64,000 nucleotides of DNA from Ruditapes philippinarum (lineage: Eukaryota): positions 1 through 64,000 of the forward strand of contig NW_026858102.1 in the NCBI RefSeq assembly GCF_026571515.1, given 5' to 3'. A program made the translations under genes and the position numbers. Under the pieces are notes generated by a model. The model was given only the letters and a program-made list of their open reading frames with translations. It was not told the origin of the DNA and searched no databases. Below are positions 27,265 through 40,396 of this stretch, piece by piece (within the stretch, counting starts at the first letter, position 1; the number at the start of each line of letters is the position of its first letter).

Positions 27265-29990
27265 ATGAATATTTTAATTTGTTTCATCTTTGGGCACAAC
27301 TTTATTTCTACTGCTAATTTTTTAGCTCTAAGGAGTATTTCAGTAAATAATATGGACGTAGGTAACATAAGTAATGGGGTTGAAAACAATATATTATCTT
27401 GTGCGAGGAAGTGTAAAGAAGATGACACGTGTGATGTACTTATTTACAATGAAATCGAAAAGTTATGTGGATTGAAGAAGATTCAAAATGTTTCCACTGA
27501 AGCTCAAGAAATATCCGGTACTGGGTTTGAGGTATGAGTTACAAAAACTCCTTAAACATAACAGACTTAACATTGCTTTGCAAGAAAGAGTAAACAATTG
27601 CAACAAAATTAATATTGCTTAATGCTTATACAAGTCATTAATATATAGATCATGAAATAAAATGTAATTGGTATATCATAACATAAAGAAACAGTAACAT
27701 AAGCCACATTTCTGTAGAGAGTGTACCGTTTAAATTTGAATATTAGATGTTAACCAAAAGTCGTAAAGAACTTAATTTGTAGCCATTGTTAAAACTTAAA
27801 CAATATGTAACACGTTTAACAATTTTCATATATTACTGAATATGTATTAACTTTATTTATATTTATGTTTTTTATGCTAAATAAATGATTAAGTTATGAT
27901 TTGCACTGAATAATAGTGATTTTTACCCTCCCGTGTAACCTGGCAGATCAGTAAAAATGTTCAACTTCTCGTATCTCAAGATATGAGCCGCGCCAAAACA
28001 AAACCAACATAATGGGTTTGCGACAAGCATGGATCCAGACGAGCCTGCGCATCCGCGCAGTCTGATCAGGATCCATTCAGTTCGCTGTCGGTTTCTCTAC
28101 TTGTAATAGAGTTGGTTAGCGAACAGCATGGATCCTGATCAGACTGCGCGGATGCGCAGGCTGGTCTGGATCCATGCTGGTCGCAAACTCATTATGTTGG
28201 TTTTGTCGTGACGCGGCTCAATTATGTTTATAATATTTCAGGTGATAAGCCAGTTACAAAAATCATGCGGTATGTACTAGAAATTATCAACTTTTATTCA
28301 AACTACTTCTCACCCAAGTAAAACATGTTATTTTTCTATTGGCTAATTCATTCTGATACTAAAAAGACAGTTAATCAAACCATTTCATGGGTATTCAAAA
28401 TGATTTTGTAAACCAAATTTGTTCTTTTTGATATATCTTTATCATGTTAAAGTAAACTTGAGGAGTAAAAATCTAGAACTCATTGACGGTTAAAACAATC
28501 ATCCAATTTCAGTTATATTCTCTGCAACACACTATCAATAACTTCGTAGTGAAAGGTTAAGTCCTTAATTTTCCTTTCAGGGACGTGGCAACACCTTCTT
28601 ACTGTCGACAACAATGGATACATTTTATTTGGAAATTTTGAAAGCTTAAAGACAAGAGTTTTAAACGGGGCAAAATTAAAAGTTATTGCAAAACGAGGCG
28701 ATATTATACTTGCCTTTGAGATCAACACTGTGCTTAGCAATGATCAAGTGATATGTGCCCAATCAATGATGTATCTTACTTTCGTGGGAAAATGGACATC
28801 GTATTTTATGTGTACCAATGGTCGGGTTTATACTGTTAAATTTGTCATGAACAACACAGAAAGTGAATCTTTACCGGAACTGAAGGATATAAAGAATATA
28901 GATTGGTTTGTGTTAGACAATGTCTGCCAACGAGAAATGTTAAATGAAACTAGTAAGCCGCACATGAGATTTCACGATCGGCACGTACCTTCAATCACTG
29001 TTTTACAATTCAATGCTCTTTTTGCGAAAGTAAATTATCAAACATTCCTGGACGTAGCTGAAAACTATATTGAGGTCAATGCCTATGGAGAGATATCATC
29101 AACTTGTATAAATGGAGAATTTGAACTTGACAAAGATTTTGCTTGGAAAAGTTCTAAATATTACTTCTCACATGCTGTTAATGAACTGAGATGTTCAATA
29201 AATAGACATATACCATGTACATACAGTGAACATAGAGTGCACCAAAATATGTTTATAAATGAAAACTGGGAAGAGGCATTTGTAACAACCCTTTCGGGAG
29301 ATGTAGAATTCGGGAACTTTGATCATTTAAGGACAAAAATTTTGCAAGGCATAATGTGAAAATTTATTTTAGTGGCAAATATAGAGAACCAGACATTGTT
29401 TTCGTTGACAAAAAAGATGTAATTGCATTGTTTTCAGCATATCGACAACGACATTTGGCACAAATCAGTCTTCTGTTTATTGGTATTTGGTGTCCTCCTC
29501 CGGACGATTCGAACAAGTCGTAATGGATTATCTCACAGGCAATGTCACAAATCACTCCGTGGACTCAATCGCAGTATCATGGTTTACTGACAAGGCAATT
29601 TGGACTGATGTCCATCATGTAGACAGTAAATCACCGCAAAGATTGAAAGCTTCGATCATGGCTGGTTCCCCTATACGTATTAAGTCAAAATGTTTGTATA
29701 GCAACGGGAATTATACGATGGTATATTGTCTTTATGCTGCAGTGAACCTTTACTGGAGTAACAATAAAACTGTATATGCTCGATCAAACTTAATACCTTA
29801 CCCTGCTGTAGACATGTCTGAAGTACATCTTACACATCATGAACGCCCAGTGTGGATGCACTTGACCACGCATTCAAATAAAATGATACGGATACGAAAA
29901 TTGATGTATAGAAGTCCATATTTCGAGGATGACATAATAGAAAACCGTCAGGACACGTCATGGTATGCCAACCAGGGATTATACGGGTAA
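27265..29990 (+). CDS. Putative secreted protein with a PAN/apple-like Cys domain and about four copies of an uncharacterised ~115-aa repeat domain; two apparent 1-bp frameshifts
   Basis: Exons 27265-27531, 28242-28269 (28-nt microexon) and 28581-29990 join in phase at GT-AG sites. SCARKCKEDDTCDVLIYNEIEKLC is PAN-like. The ORF pieces 28730-29359 and 29487-29990 join if one base is restored at about 29349 (GG to GGG) and one at about 29432 (TTTT to TTTTT). Confidence 0.75.
27985..28219. mobile_element. Palindromic MITE (Sola-like), copy 3
   Basis: Full-length family match; ends about 20 bp upstream of the microexon acceptor at 28241. Confidence 0.9.
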
Positions 29991-30516
29991 TACGCATACA
30001 TATATTGCATTTATATCGGATATATAAACGCCTTGTATGATAACACAATAAGACGATGTTCGCGGTAATAACAGTATTAGAAAAAAAAGACAGATTTCAT
30101 GAAAATGAAAACGATTTCATATTTGTCAGTAATTCCGTTTTGTTTCAATGAATCTTCAGCTGTTTTTTTTATTATTTGTTGTTGCTGTTGTTGTTGTTGT
30201 TGTTTTGATATCCAAGTTTCAATGGTAATTCGTATTACAAGGAACAATTTTGGAACATGAACTACCGGTATAATATATTAATAATGCATATTGATCGTTG
30301 ACATAAATTAAGAAATAATTGTGTCTCTTTATGCTTCAAATGTATATATTAATTAATTATTTATTCTATGGTGTTTTGATTTGTGTTCTGTTTATAACCC
30401 CTTTACAAGAAGATAAGATTGTCTTTCCATTTGTGGAAAATGTAAATAAAAATGTTTTGCAACAAAGCAAGATATCTTATTTTGGTCCTGAAGTGTACAG
30501 CTGATGAATGTGATGC

Positions 30517-30710
30517 TTTTTATTAGCTCAGGGTGAGCTGTTAGGATCATTGAGTGCCCGTTGTCCGTCAACACTTGTTCGTTTACCTTAGCGGTCACCT
30601 TTTTGCCTCAATCATCATCAAACTTTGACAGGATGCTTGTCTTGTTAATAGTCGAGTGAGTTTGAATAGGGGTGAAATATGTCGGATGAAAAACTAGGTC
30701 ACAGGAGGCT
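30517..30710 (+). mobile_element. HINE-like 5' fragment (third family)
   Basis: TTTTTATTAGCTCAGGGTGAGCT hairpin, gtccgtc, and an atcatcaaactttgacagg unit; runs into low-quality sequence. Confidence 0.55.
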
Positions 30711-33700
30711 AAAATAAAAAAAACAAAAGAAAAAAATTTTTTTTTTTTTTTTTTTGTAAAAAAAAAAAAAACGCTCTATTTTGTCACATTTTTGAAAAAA
30801 ATTTTCAATTTTGTAAAAAAAAAAAATTTCAACTTGAAAAAAAGGGGGAAAAAAATTGCTTGAAAACCTTTTTTTTAAAAAAAAGAAAAATTTTTTAAAA
30901 AAAAAATTTTAAAAATTTTGCTCAAAAAATTTTTTAAAAAAAAAAAATTTTTTTAAAATTTTTGGGTAAAAATTTTTTTAAAAAAAAAAATTTGAAAAAA
31001 ATTTTTTTTTTTTTTTTTGAAACCCTAAAAAAAAATAAATTTCAAAAACCCAAATTAATTTTCCCCGAAAAATCGTTCCCATGAAAAAAATAAAAAAGGT
31101 CATTCTCTGTATATCATGCGTCTTATTCAAAGTATGCTTTGCAGCCGAATAAAACATCGGATCCGGGGAATCAACTTAATAATAAAGGATATTAATGTGT
31201 GTTATAATGATAACTGTTCAACATAACATGCTAACCCAACCCTGGGATAGTAGTACGTTTAGTTTGGTAAAAGATATTGAAGTACTGATATTATCATTTA
31301 CACTTATTTCAATCTTTGATTAAGTTATTTTTTCTGTCACTCCATAAAGATGGTGACATTGGAGAAAATTTTCCACTGCAAAAATATCCCAAAATATTGA
31401 GAGATATTGAAAGTACTGAGAATCTGTCAGCTGAGAGCAAACTTTATTGGTCATGTTCTGGTTTTATTTATATATTAAAACCCTTGCTTTGTCAAAATTA
31501 AATCATTTGATTTTGTGTATTCTTAACCCATCATTAGCAAAAGTAAATATTATCCAGCAATTTTTTTTCTCGATTTTCTGTGGAGTGAATATAGAGATAA
31601 GTTTAAAAGAAATATTAAACCAAGTTTGGAGGGCTTAAGATGGTTGATGTTTTTTGTTTAGTTAAACAGCAACATGGTTAAGAAGACTGTTGACTGTTGA
31701 CTGTTAAGATCATGTAACACATTTTTTTCATGGTTTTATTTCATAAATATGATGCTCAAATTAAGATTCGTCAATATTGTTAGTTCCAATAAGCATTATT
31801 TATAAAGATATTACCCAATTTAACTTTTTCATGTAAATAAAGGGAAGTAATTAGAAATTTATTTTCTATAAATTCTAAGTCAAATTTTCCAATACGAAAT
31901 GAATGCATGTAATTTATTGATGAAATTTAATGTGCATAAATATTTGCAGTACACATTTTACATATTCTTCGATGTTTGAAAATTGTTTTATTTGCATAAT
32001 TGTATACATATATACTGTTTTACAAGTGTGGTATACACACAATAACAATATCAATCACAAAACATACAGGATCTTTTATTGTAATTTTTTACATATTGTT
32101 AAAAGTGCATGCCCTTTTTTAAAATAATATCTATAAGTATGGTACAAGAATACAATTACATCAAGATTGAAATCCTTTTTGGAAAGATGTCCTTTACAGT
32201 TATTATTTAATTTCTTCAAATGTAGAAGTGAATTCTTGTAAACAAAGTTACTTTAATGCTGGGATTGTGTCAATTTATGACACAACCCCTGCATTAAAGT
32301 AGCAGGATCTAGTCTTTGTTATAACCGATGGGTATCGAGGGGAGTTATATTTTCTGGGACCTTATCAATCAAGAAAGTGAATAAACCTGGCAAAATTTTA
32401 TATTGAAGAACAAAAACTGACTAAAATAAAGGCAAAACAAGGCAAAATTTACCATTGACGAAACTTTTTTTTCGTCCTGAATATTTATTTTACTTCGGAT
32501 GGCAAAAATTCTAAAACACAAGAACCATCTGTTTACTTTTAAATAATCTGTTCCTCTTTTAAGTTAAAACCAATCATTTTCGAATTTTAACATGGCATAA
32601 TACGCCTATTCTCAATAGAGCACTCTTTAAACTTTTAAATGTATTCAACATTTTGAATAGCGTTACTCGGATGTATTTGGGATACATTTGAATTCGAGGA
32701 ATAGTGATATTTGCTACCGGTAAAATGTTTCCTGTTTCGATGAGAACCCCATTTATAAAAGTGTAAATTAAATAACCATTGAATATTTAGATTTAAAGAA
32801 TCCATAAAGGAGAATGGAACTGCATGAAAAACATATAGTTTAATCAAAAACAAATAATGTTAATGACGTCCACAAAAAAATATTTACAATTCCACAGGCT
32901 TTAGAATATTATTCAAGCAATTGCAAGTCGAAATCGATTTTTCTTTCTTGTTCGTATACTTTTTATATTTACTTTTTATCCAATGAAAACTGAGCTAATG
33001 TGTACCTACTCAGAAATAATACATAATAATACCTTATTTCAAAACTATTGAAAAAAATTATCGGGGGCATCACATGAGTATGAATTTTGATTTATGTTTT
33101 AAATATTATCGATCAGTACAGTTTGAACAGATTTTTAATCATCTTGTATGTAATTTGTAGGGCTGGAAATCACGAACGAGATACACCATATTGACATTCT
33201 TGCAATTTATCAGGACGCGTTAAAATCAGTAGTAAGCTATACCTTATGCTTCTGTCTGTCAACAAAACTGGCGGGAAATATCGGGCACATTTGATCATTA
33301 CAAAATCTCATTCCGATCCAAATCTACCATTAGTGCTTTCAAGGTACAACGATTTAAGTTCATTTGGTATGTACCCAAGTCAAGTGTGTGGGTAAGAAAA
33401 GAAAAGCACCAAAACAGGGCAAAATTATTTTTAAGGGGGCTACCCCCAGTTTAACAGATTCCCGGGTTTTTGATTTTTTCCTTTTGTACAAGGAAACTAA
33501 AAAAACGCCCTTTTTTCCAATATGAAAAGCAAAATGAAAAAAATGAAGAAATCTAATATACAAATTCATTTTCTTTTCCCCTTAAATTTGTATAACCTTT
33601 TTTATTTCTTTTTTCCCAAAAAAACGAGTAAAATTTCCACTTTGAATAAAACAATTAATTAAATTACCTTTTTCAAAAAACATTAAAAAAATTAAAGGGG

Positions 33701-35593
33701 GCTAAAATGAAATATGAAAAATTTTATTTATTTTTAAAATTTTCCCCTAGTTTTTCAGTTTTCCCCGTTTTTTTTTCTCTTTTTTTAAAAAGTTAAAATT
33801 TGTTTTTTTTCCTTGGGAAAAAAAACCCCCAAAAATTAAACCAATATTTAACGAAATTTTCCGGTTAAAATTTTTGCTTTCCTTTCTTTTGCCGTTTAAA
33901 AAAATGGGGGAAATACCGGAAAATTTTACATTTAAAAATTGGGCCCCTTCCTATCCAAAATCCCATTTAAGGCCCTTTCAAATAAACGTTTAACCCGGCC
34001 CTTTTTTAAAAGAAAGGTTCCAAATTTCTGCAAACTTTGATAAAATTTCTAAACTGTTTTCATAGCAGTTGTGTACAAATATCAGTTTTTATTTGGGGGA
34101 AGGTGGTTTAATAAACCTTAAAAAAAACAAGGACTGTTACAGATTTCGCCCTTTTAGCTTTATGGCAATTAAACAAAGTGATTGGTTTGCCAAGGGAAAG
34201 TAATAAACAAAAGCATGACAATTTTTCTCCCTACACGGTTTTTCAAAAGGTTCGGACAAATTTTTAAAAATATTTAGGAGTAATATTTTATTTTACTAGT
34301 AAATGTATTATTTTAAAACAAATTCATTTTGGGTTAGTTCCTCGCATTTCTGAAAGTATAGAAAAAATGTTAATGTGCCGTTATAGAAATGAAACTATTG
34401 TTAATGTGCCGTTAAAGAAATAATGAGTGTATAAACAAAAGAACAAAGTATGTACAAAAAGGTACTTTCAAACTAGTTTCGAAGTCTTTAAAAACTTCAC
34501 ATAAGATTAATTTTAGATGGCAAAAGACCCCTTATTTTTTATTTCCGTGACCAATTTACGGAGCAAACAATATCTTTGTCTAAAATACCCAGTCAATTAA
34601 ATTTCAAACCAGACATGTAGGGTCATAAATTCTTCATCGGGAATATATGAAAAACAATATTTGATTATTTAACTTGAAATATACTGGTCATTGCTGTAAG
34701 TGAAACACATGGTCATGGTTGTCGACAAAGCGGTTTTGACGATAGTTCATAACATATAGTGAAAAAAGCAGTCGTAATCTTTAGATAATCCGTACGCATC
34801 AAATTAACTTGCTTCCATCTCAACACTTCTATTTATGGTTTGTGAAATAATCATTACAGTTTTGTTAGGCTGGCTAAGGAAAATATTCCGGATTTATGTT
34901 ATACCAAATAAAAAGAAAATATCACCAAAAATATTTAACATAAGTTGACAAAGCCTATTGGTTGAATGCCTTTTACGAGGTTTTTTTTTCTGTTTGGTGC
35001 CTTCGGGGGTTCCTTAACATTGGTGTGTCGGGGGGGGGGGGGGGCTGCTCCTGTGAACGTTGCCCTTTTTTTTGTTGTCTTTATTCCTTTTTTTATTTAC
35101 CAGTATAATGGATTTCACGGGAAATATTTCTAAAAAGTTAACATATTACAAAGTTTTGACGACACTTCTTGTGGACCAATACTTGGGTTGCTTTATAAAG
35201 GAACATTAGGTAGGGAATTGGTTTGCGTTTTAGATAATATCACGTGATAAAATTAAATCTGTATACACAATACACAGTATGAATTGAATAGTGGTTTGTA
35301 TGGTGCTCTGTGATTCTCTTTTCCCTTCCATTTAAATACCATATTATTGATATGTATATCATGATCCGAGGTTTTACCTTGTATAATTTGTTTTAGGAGT
35401 ATGTGGGTTAAATTATGATTTGTGATAACGCATCGTTTTCGGATTGTGTATTGTATTTTTGTATTGGTTACACATTTATTTTTTTGTTGCGTATAATTTT
35501 TTTTCTCATTAAATGTTTGTCGTGCTACCGACGGTTCAAATGCTATCTTTTTACATTAAATTCTATCAAATATGACATTCTTTCTTGATTGTT

Positions 35594-37037
35594 TCAGTGT
35601 AGTTGTCCATATCTGCCAAGTCGTCTATTATGATTTCTTGTATTTCGTACATATCTATAACCACAAAATCCTATAAATAATACCACCATTCCTATACCAA
35701 CACCGCCAATGAAAGACCCTGCGTCAAATGCGTGCTTATTTTCATTCATATGTGAAGCAGTTGTAGTCTTTGAAGTTACAGTACTCATTTTAGAACTTGG
35801 TTTCGTAGAACTTAGTTTCGTAGAACTTGGTTTCGTAGAACTTGGTTTCGTAGAACTTGGTTTTGTAGAACTTAATTTAGAAGAACTTGATGTATATGAT
35901 GAAACAGATGTTTCTAAAGAGTTGGGTGTACTTTCAGAAATAATAGTAACATTTGTTGTCACAATAGAAGAACTTTCAGGTTCAGGTGCTTGTGATGAAA
36001 ATGATGAATTCTGTTGTGAGCTTGTTGTCGGTATAGAAGGTCGTGATGTTTCGCCTGTATTTGAAGATTCTGTTGTTTCTTGGGATGATGGGGCAGACGT
36101 TGAAATGCTGGGTTGGTGTGGTGTTGGCAGTGTATCTATCGATGTTTTTGCCGGCTTTAACGAAGTCGTAATGACTGTTGTATTCCCAGCATTAGTTGGC
36201 ACAGCTTTAAAATACAAAGGATATAAATACAATATGACAGTAAAGATAAGTAAAGGCGAGTAACTAGTCCAACTAATTTTACAGCGCGATGTGATATTGT
36301 GCTATTTTGTGTTTGTGCAATATCTCCGTTCTAGATTCTGACCCATTAGCAAACATATTTTAGAATCTTGCTTTGGCACGTCAATATATTTTGACTAGAG
36401 AACAACCGGAACGTAACCAAAATATCCAGCGTCACGAGACCACCAGATAAGCACCGAACAGGACCAAGTTTCATTTTGTTATTTTTTGCCATTTCCATGT
36501 TGTTTTAAACCAACAAGTCGAAAATTTCATTGTTGAATTGTATTATTATCAGGCAAAACATACCTTTTCTTAGCTATTTCATTCTTTACCCAATGATCAG
36601 TGGTTCAATAAGCAATATAGTGTAAATTCAATTTGTATTTTGTAGTTTAAACAGTATTTTATTGCATTCTTTTAAAACAAAACGACACATGAAACGGTAT
36701 CGATGAATAATATTTGATATCCATTTCGGTTACGTTTCTATTAATACATTTTTCGGGAAAAATAGTTTTTAGTTGATATATTAAGTTCAAATATGAGATT
36801 GATACCAGATTTTTTAGTGGAGCAATGCATCGTATACTTGGCACATCGCTGACATTTCTATAGTTCGTTATTTTAAATGATTTACAACTTCTATATAATG
36901 TAAGAACAAATAACCCTGTATTGCTATAATAAACAAGGACAAATAAACTAGATATATATTGTATATAGATATATATGTAAAATGTACTTACCTAAAAGGT
37001 ATCCGAAGATAAAGAGTAGGTATATTGCTTGTTTCAT
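35594..37037 (-). CDS. Porimin (TMEM123)/CD164-like mucin-type type I membrane protein, 218 aa
   Basis: Exon 1 at 36992-37037 encodes a signal peptide (MKQAIYLLFIFGYLL). Exon 2 at 35594-36204 encodes a Ser/Thr-rich ectodomain, the family motif FDAGSFIGG leading into a TM helix, and a basic tail ending YGQLH (YxxL). Confidence 0.88.
35790..35885 (-). repeat. Coding 15-bp tandem repeat (SSTKP/SSTKL), about x5-6
   Basis: tagaacttggtttcg units inside the mucin domain. Confidence 0.9.
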
Positions 37038-37264
37038 ATCGAATAATTGGAAGTTCTATATATTCTACGTATAATACATTTGATGTGTCACTATAACTTA
37101 CAATGTAGTCTACAAAATATTTTTTAACCACGTATGTTTAATAGTTTAACTAGCAACTCAAATATTATCGGTGGTTTTATTTTATCATCATATGATAACG
37201 ATTGCTGATATGAACAGATACGTTAGCAAATTTCATTACCAATTTGGTATATAGATCAATATAT

Positions 37265-37499
37265 GAGCCGCGTCATGACAAAACCAACATAATGGGTTTG
37301 CGACCAGCATGGATCCAGACCAGCCTGCGCATCCGCGCAGTCTGATCAGGATCCATGCTGTTCGCTTACAGACCCTATAACAAGTAGAGAAACTGATAGC
37401 GAACAGCATGGATCCTGATCAGACTGCGCGGATGCGCAGGCTGGTCTGGATCCATGCTGGTCGCAAACCCATTATGTTGGTTTTGTCATGACGCGGCTC
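37265..37499. mobile_element. Palindromic MITE (Sola-like), copy 4, with perfect arms
   Basis: About 102-bp perfect inverted arms around a 31-bp loop, 4-bp TSD ATAT; the loop is in the opposite orientation to the other copies. Confidence 0.93.
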
Positions 37500-39498
37500 A
37501 TATAACATTTTTACTGTCATTACATTTTCGTGAAAACTTCCGTGATGATCATCCAGCAAGTCACTATGAGTTTGGCGTTGATGTCAGCATAGCTATAATG
37601 CGGCACGGAGTTCGTGTGCCAAAAGAAATACATTTACATACATGTATAGACAAAAAGGGCGCAATCCTGAGTTTACAATGATAAATGATGATAAATGATC
37701 AAAACTATATGACCGGGTTGAGTATGGGGTTATATGAATATACCATATTTTCCGTTTACACCAAGGGTTGTGCTGTCGCCGAATAACAGTCACTAAGTGC
37801 AACAATCCATAATACCCTTAGTACCAACATATAGTTTGTAAACATTCGCATGCTACTTCATCACCTGCGTTTATATGTAGTTCAAAGGCCTAATATGCCT
37901 TAAATGGTTTTATTTTTATTTATAAAATGTGTTATCATTTGTTTCCAAATAGGTTACTCATTGTCAGATTCCCTGACCATCTTTTGATTTTGTTGCTTTT
38001 TGGCAATTAGTATAGATATAGTGATTTAGAATGTTATATGAAAGGTAAAATACCACTTTGTTTACATGTTGTTTAGTTTAATGACAAATAATTATTCATA
38101 TTTCCGCTTTATTTGCTGCACTTGATAAGCATTTATTAAAGGGTATAAATCTATATCTTATGAAATATTTTTTATACATTTTGTTAACAGTAAAAATTAT
38201 TTTGGTTTCATTATTATATGGTTGATTCCCGAAAAAGTTGTAACATTGAATGTCTCTGTTATTTAACACACTAAAAATTGTACGTAAACTGAATAAAATG
38301 TTCCGGAACAAAATATGATTTGCTATTTTAAGTAGGGTTTTATCCGCTTAAGCAATGATTTTGTGCATGCGTCATTCGCTTTTAAGGCAATTATCTACCA
38401 TGTTCATACAGGCATTTTGGAAGTATACTTTCTTTTTTAAATTGAAACAATAATTTTTGCAGCAGATACTCGTATATAGCTTTATACACTTAATAATCAT
38501 AAATTTCACGTTATAAAACTCGTTTGTGACTAATCTAAAGCAGGAAAAATGTATTCCTGTCTTGGGCAGAAACTGTGAGGTCTTAGACGATATCTCTCTG
38601 GTGCTCCCTTTTATCATGGTGCTTTTGTAGCAGTCGAACGTTAAATTTATACGTGCTGAAAATTACATAGAGACAAATTTATATTTGCCTATATTTTCAC
38701 ATTTACTTATCATGACTAATACACATTTTTATAGAGAAACGTTTGCTATACTGATCTATGACACTATATTCAAACGATCTTTTGCAATAAATAAGGTAGA
38801 TTTTATGTAAAGAAATAAGGCCCGTGTCGCTTTAGTTTCCTTTATTTTCATAATCTTAAACATGCAGTTGAATAACGAATACGCATAGCTTGGTAATAAT
38901 AGAAGAGTAAACGAATTAATGTAACATGATCATTTCAGGAAATTAAATAATGAAACAGATTTCTTTTCCATTTAACTTTTGTGATAAAGAAATAATCTTC
39001 TCTACGATAGAATTCTGATAAATTCCTTACTGTTCACATACAATGTCACAGTTTCTGCAGAATTCTTTTTATAACAGACTTAAGGCAATACAACCATCTA
39101 ACACCCGTGCTCATATCGTCACGTGTCAGGAAAACTTCCACTTGTTATGTTAAGGTCAAACTGAACAACATAACAATTTATCTAATCATTTCTATTTAAA
39201 TTGAAAGTTTCGAAAATACTTAGTAATAATGCTTAGTAATAATAATATGTAGATGTTTAAACAGATAGTCTGTAGAGGATTTTTACATTTGCTAAGGTGT
39301 AAAATTGCAGAGGTCTTTTATGACCACAGTGTTTTGTGCCCATGAACATGTTGATTAGTCTCTTGTTTTGTCGGTTGTTCAATTTTACTTAAATACTTTA
39401 TTATCACATTCTCTCAATAAAAATAATCTGAAGGAGTACACGTTCTGTTTACAAATATTTGTGGAAATTATCTGGACATTTCTTTATCATCATTGACA

Positions 39499-40170
39499 CT
39501 ATATTGACGCATATTCTCCTTTCTTCCTTTTGCAGCAGATGAACACTGACAGTATGATTAATGCGGCAACACCGAAGCCAAGAATGATACCGCCAACGAA
39601 TGACAATGCGTCGAATTTTCTGTGACTTTGGTGAGGTTTCGCAGTTGGTTTGTGTGTTGGTTTTACAGTTGTTGTGTTAGTTGGCGTTGTGGTTCGCGTC
39701 TTTGGTGTTGTCAGCCCAGTTGATATGGTGGTAATGTTGCTAGGCTGTGTCGTGATTGTACTCGAGTTTGTTGTTAGCGTACTTGGCTTGGTTGTAGTAT
39801 TGTGATGTGATGTTGTGACTTTACTCGTTGTTGTCGTTATGTTGCTAGGCATGGTTGTAGTATTGGGGTGAGGTGATGTTGTCATTTTACTCGGCGTTGT
39901 CGTAATGTTGCTGGGCTGAGTTGTAGTACTGAGGGGTGATGTCGTTTTACTCGGCGTTGTCGTTATGTTGCTAGGCATGTTTGTAGTACTGAGAGGTGAT
40001 GTCGATTTACTCGGCGTTGTCGTAATGTTGCTGGGCATTGTTGTGATATTTCCTGACGTTGATGTTGTTTGAATGGATGTGCCATTACCTTCATTAATGT
40101 TGACGTTGGCAAACACCAGGAAAATATGTGTAACAACCAGTAACACAGTCGAAAGGCCGAAAGGAAACAT
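39499..40170 (-). CDS. Porimin (TMEM123)/CD164-like mucin-type type I membrane protein, 223 aa
   Basis: Single coding exon: signal peptide, Thr-rich repeats with many NIT sequons, FDALSFVGGIILG plus TM helix, and tail CCKRKKGEYASI (YxxI). A probable 5'UTR intron runs from a donor near 40795 to an acceptor near 40198. Confidence 0.9.
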   Translation of the reverse strand: MFPFGLSTVLLVVTHIFLVFANVNINEGNGTSIQTTSTSGNITTMPSNITTTPSKSTSPLSTTNMPSNITTTPSKTTSPLSTTTQPSNITTTPSKMTTSPHPNTTTMPSNITTTTSKVTTSHHNTTTKPSTLTTNSSTITTQPSNITTISTGLTTPKTRTTTPTNTTTVKPTHKPTAKPHQSHRKFDALSFVGGIILGFGVAALIILSVFICCKRKKGEYASI

Positions 40171-40396
40171 ATTGTGTATGCGCGTCGTCTAAAATACCTG
40201 CAATGTATGACAATATTGTATGTTCTCGGCTAATTGCTGATATAGTTGAACAACATACATTTGAATGTAATGTTTAATTAACAGAGATATGCAATGTATC
40301 TAGTATTCAAATGTCAGGAAAGAAATAAGTGTATGGTTAAATAATGCCATGTTTTATTATCATCTTTTTTAAATTTTCATTATCATTAGTCATTTA

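Noticed and set aside
35709-36263. Plus-strand 184-aa ORF
   Set aside because: Antisense shadow of the repetitive mucin exon.
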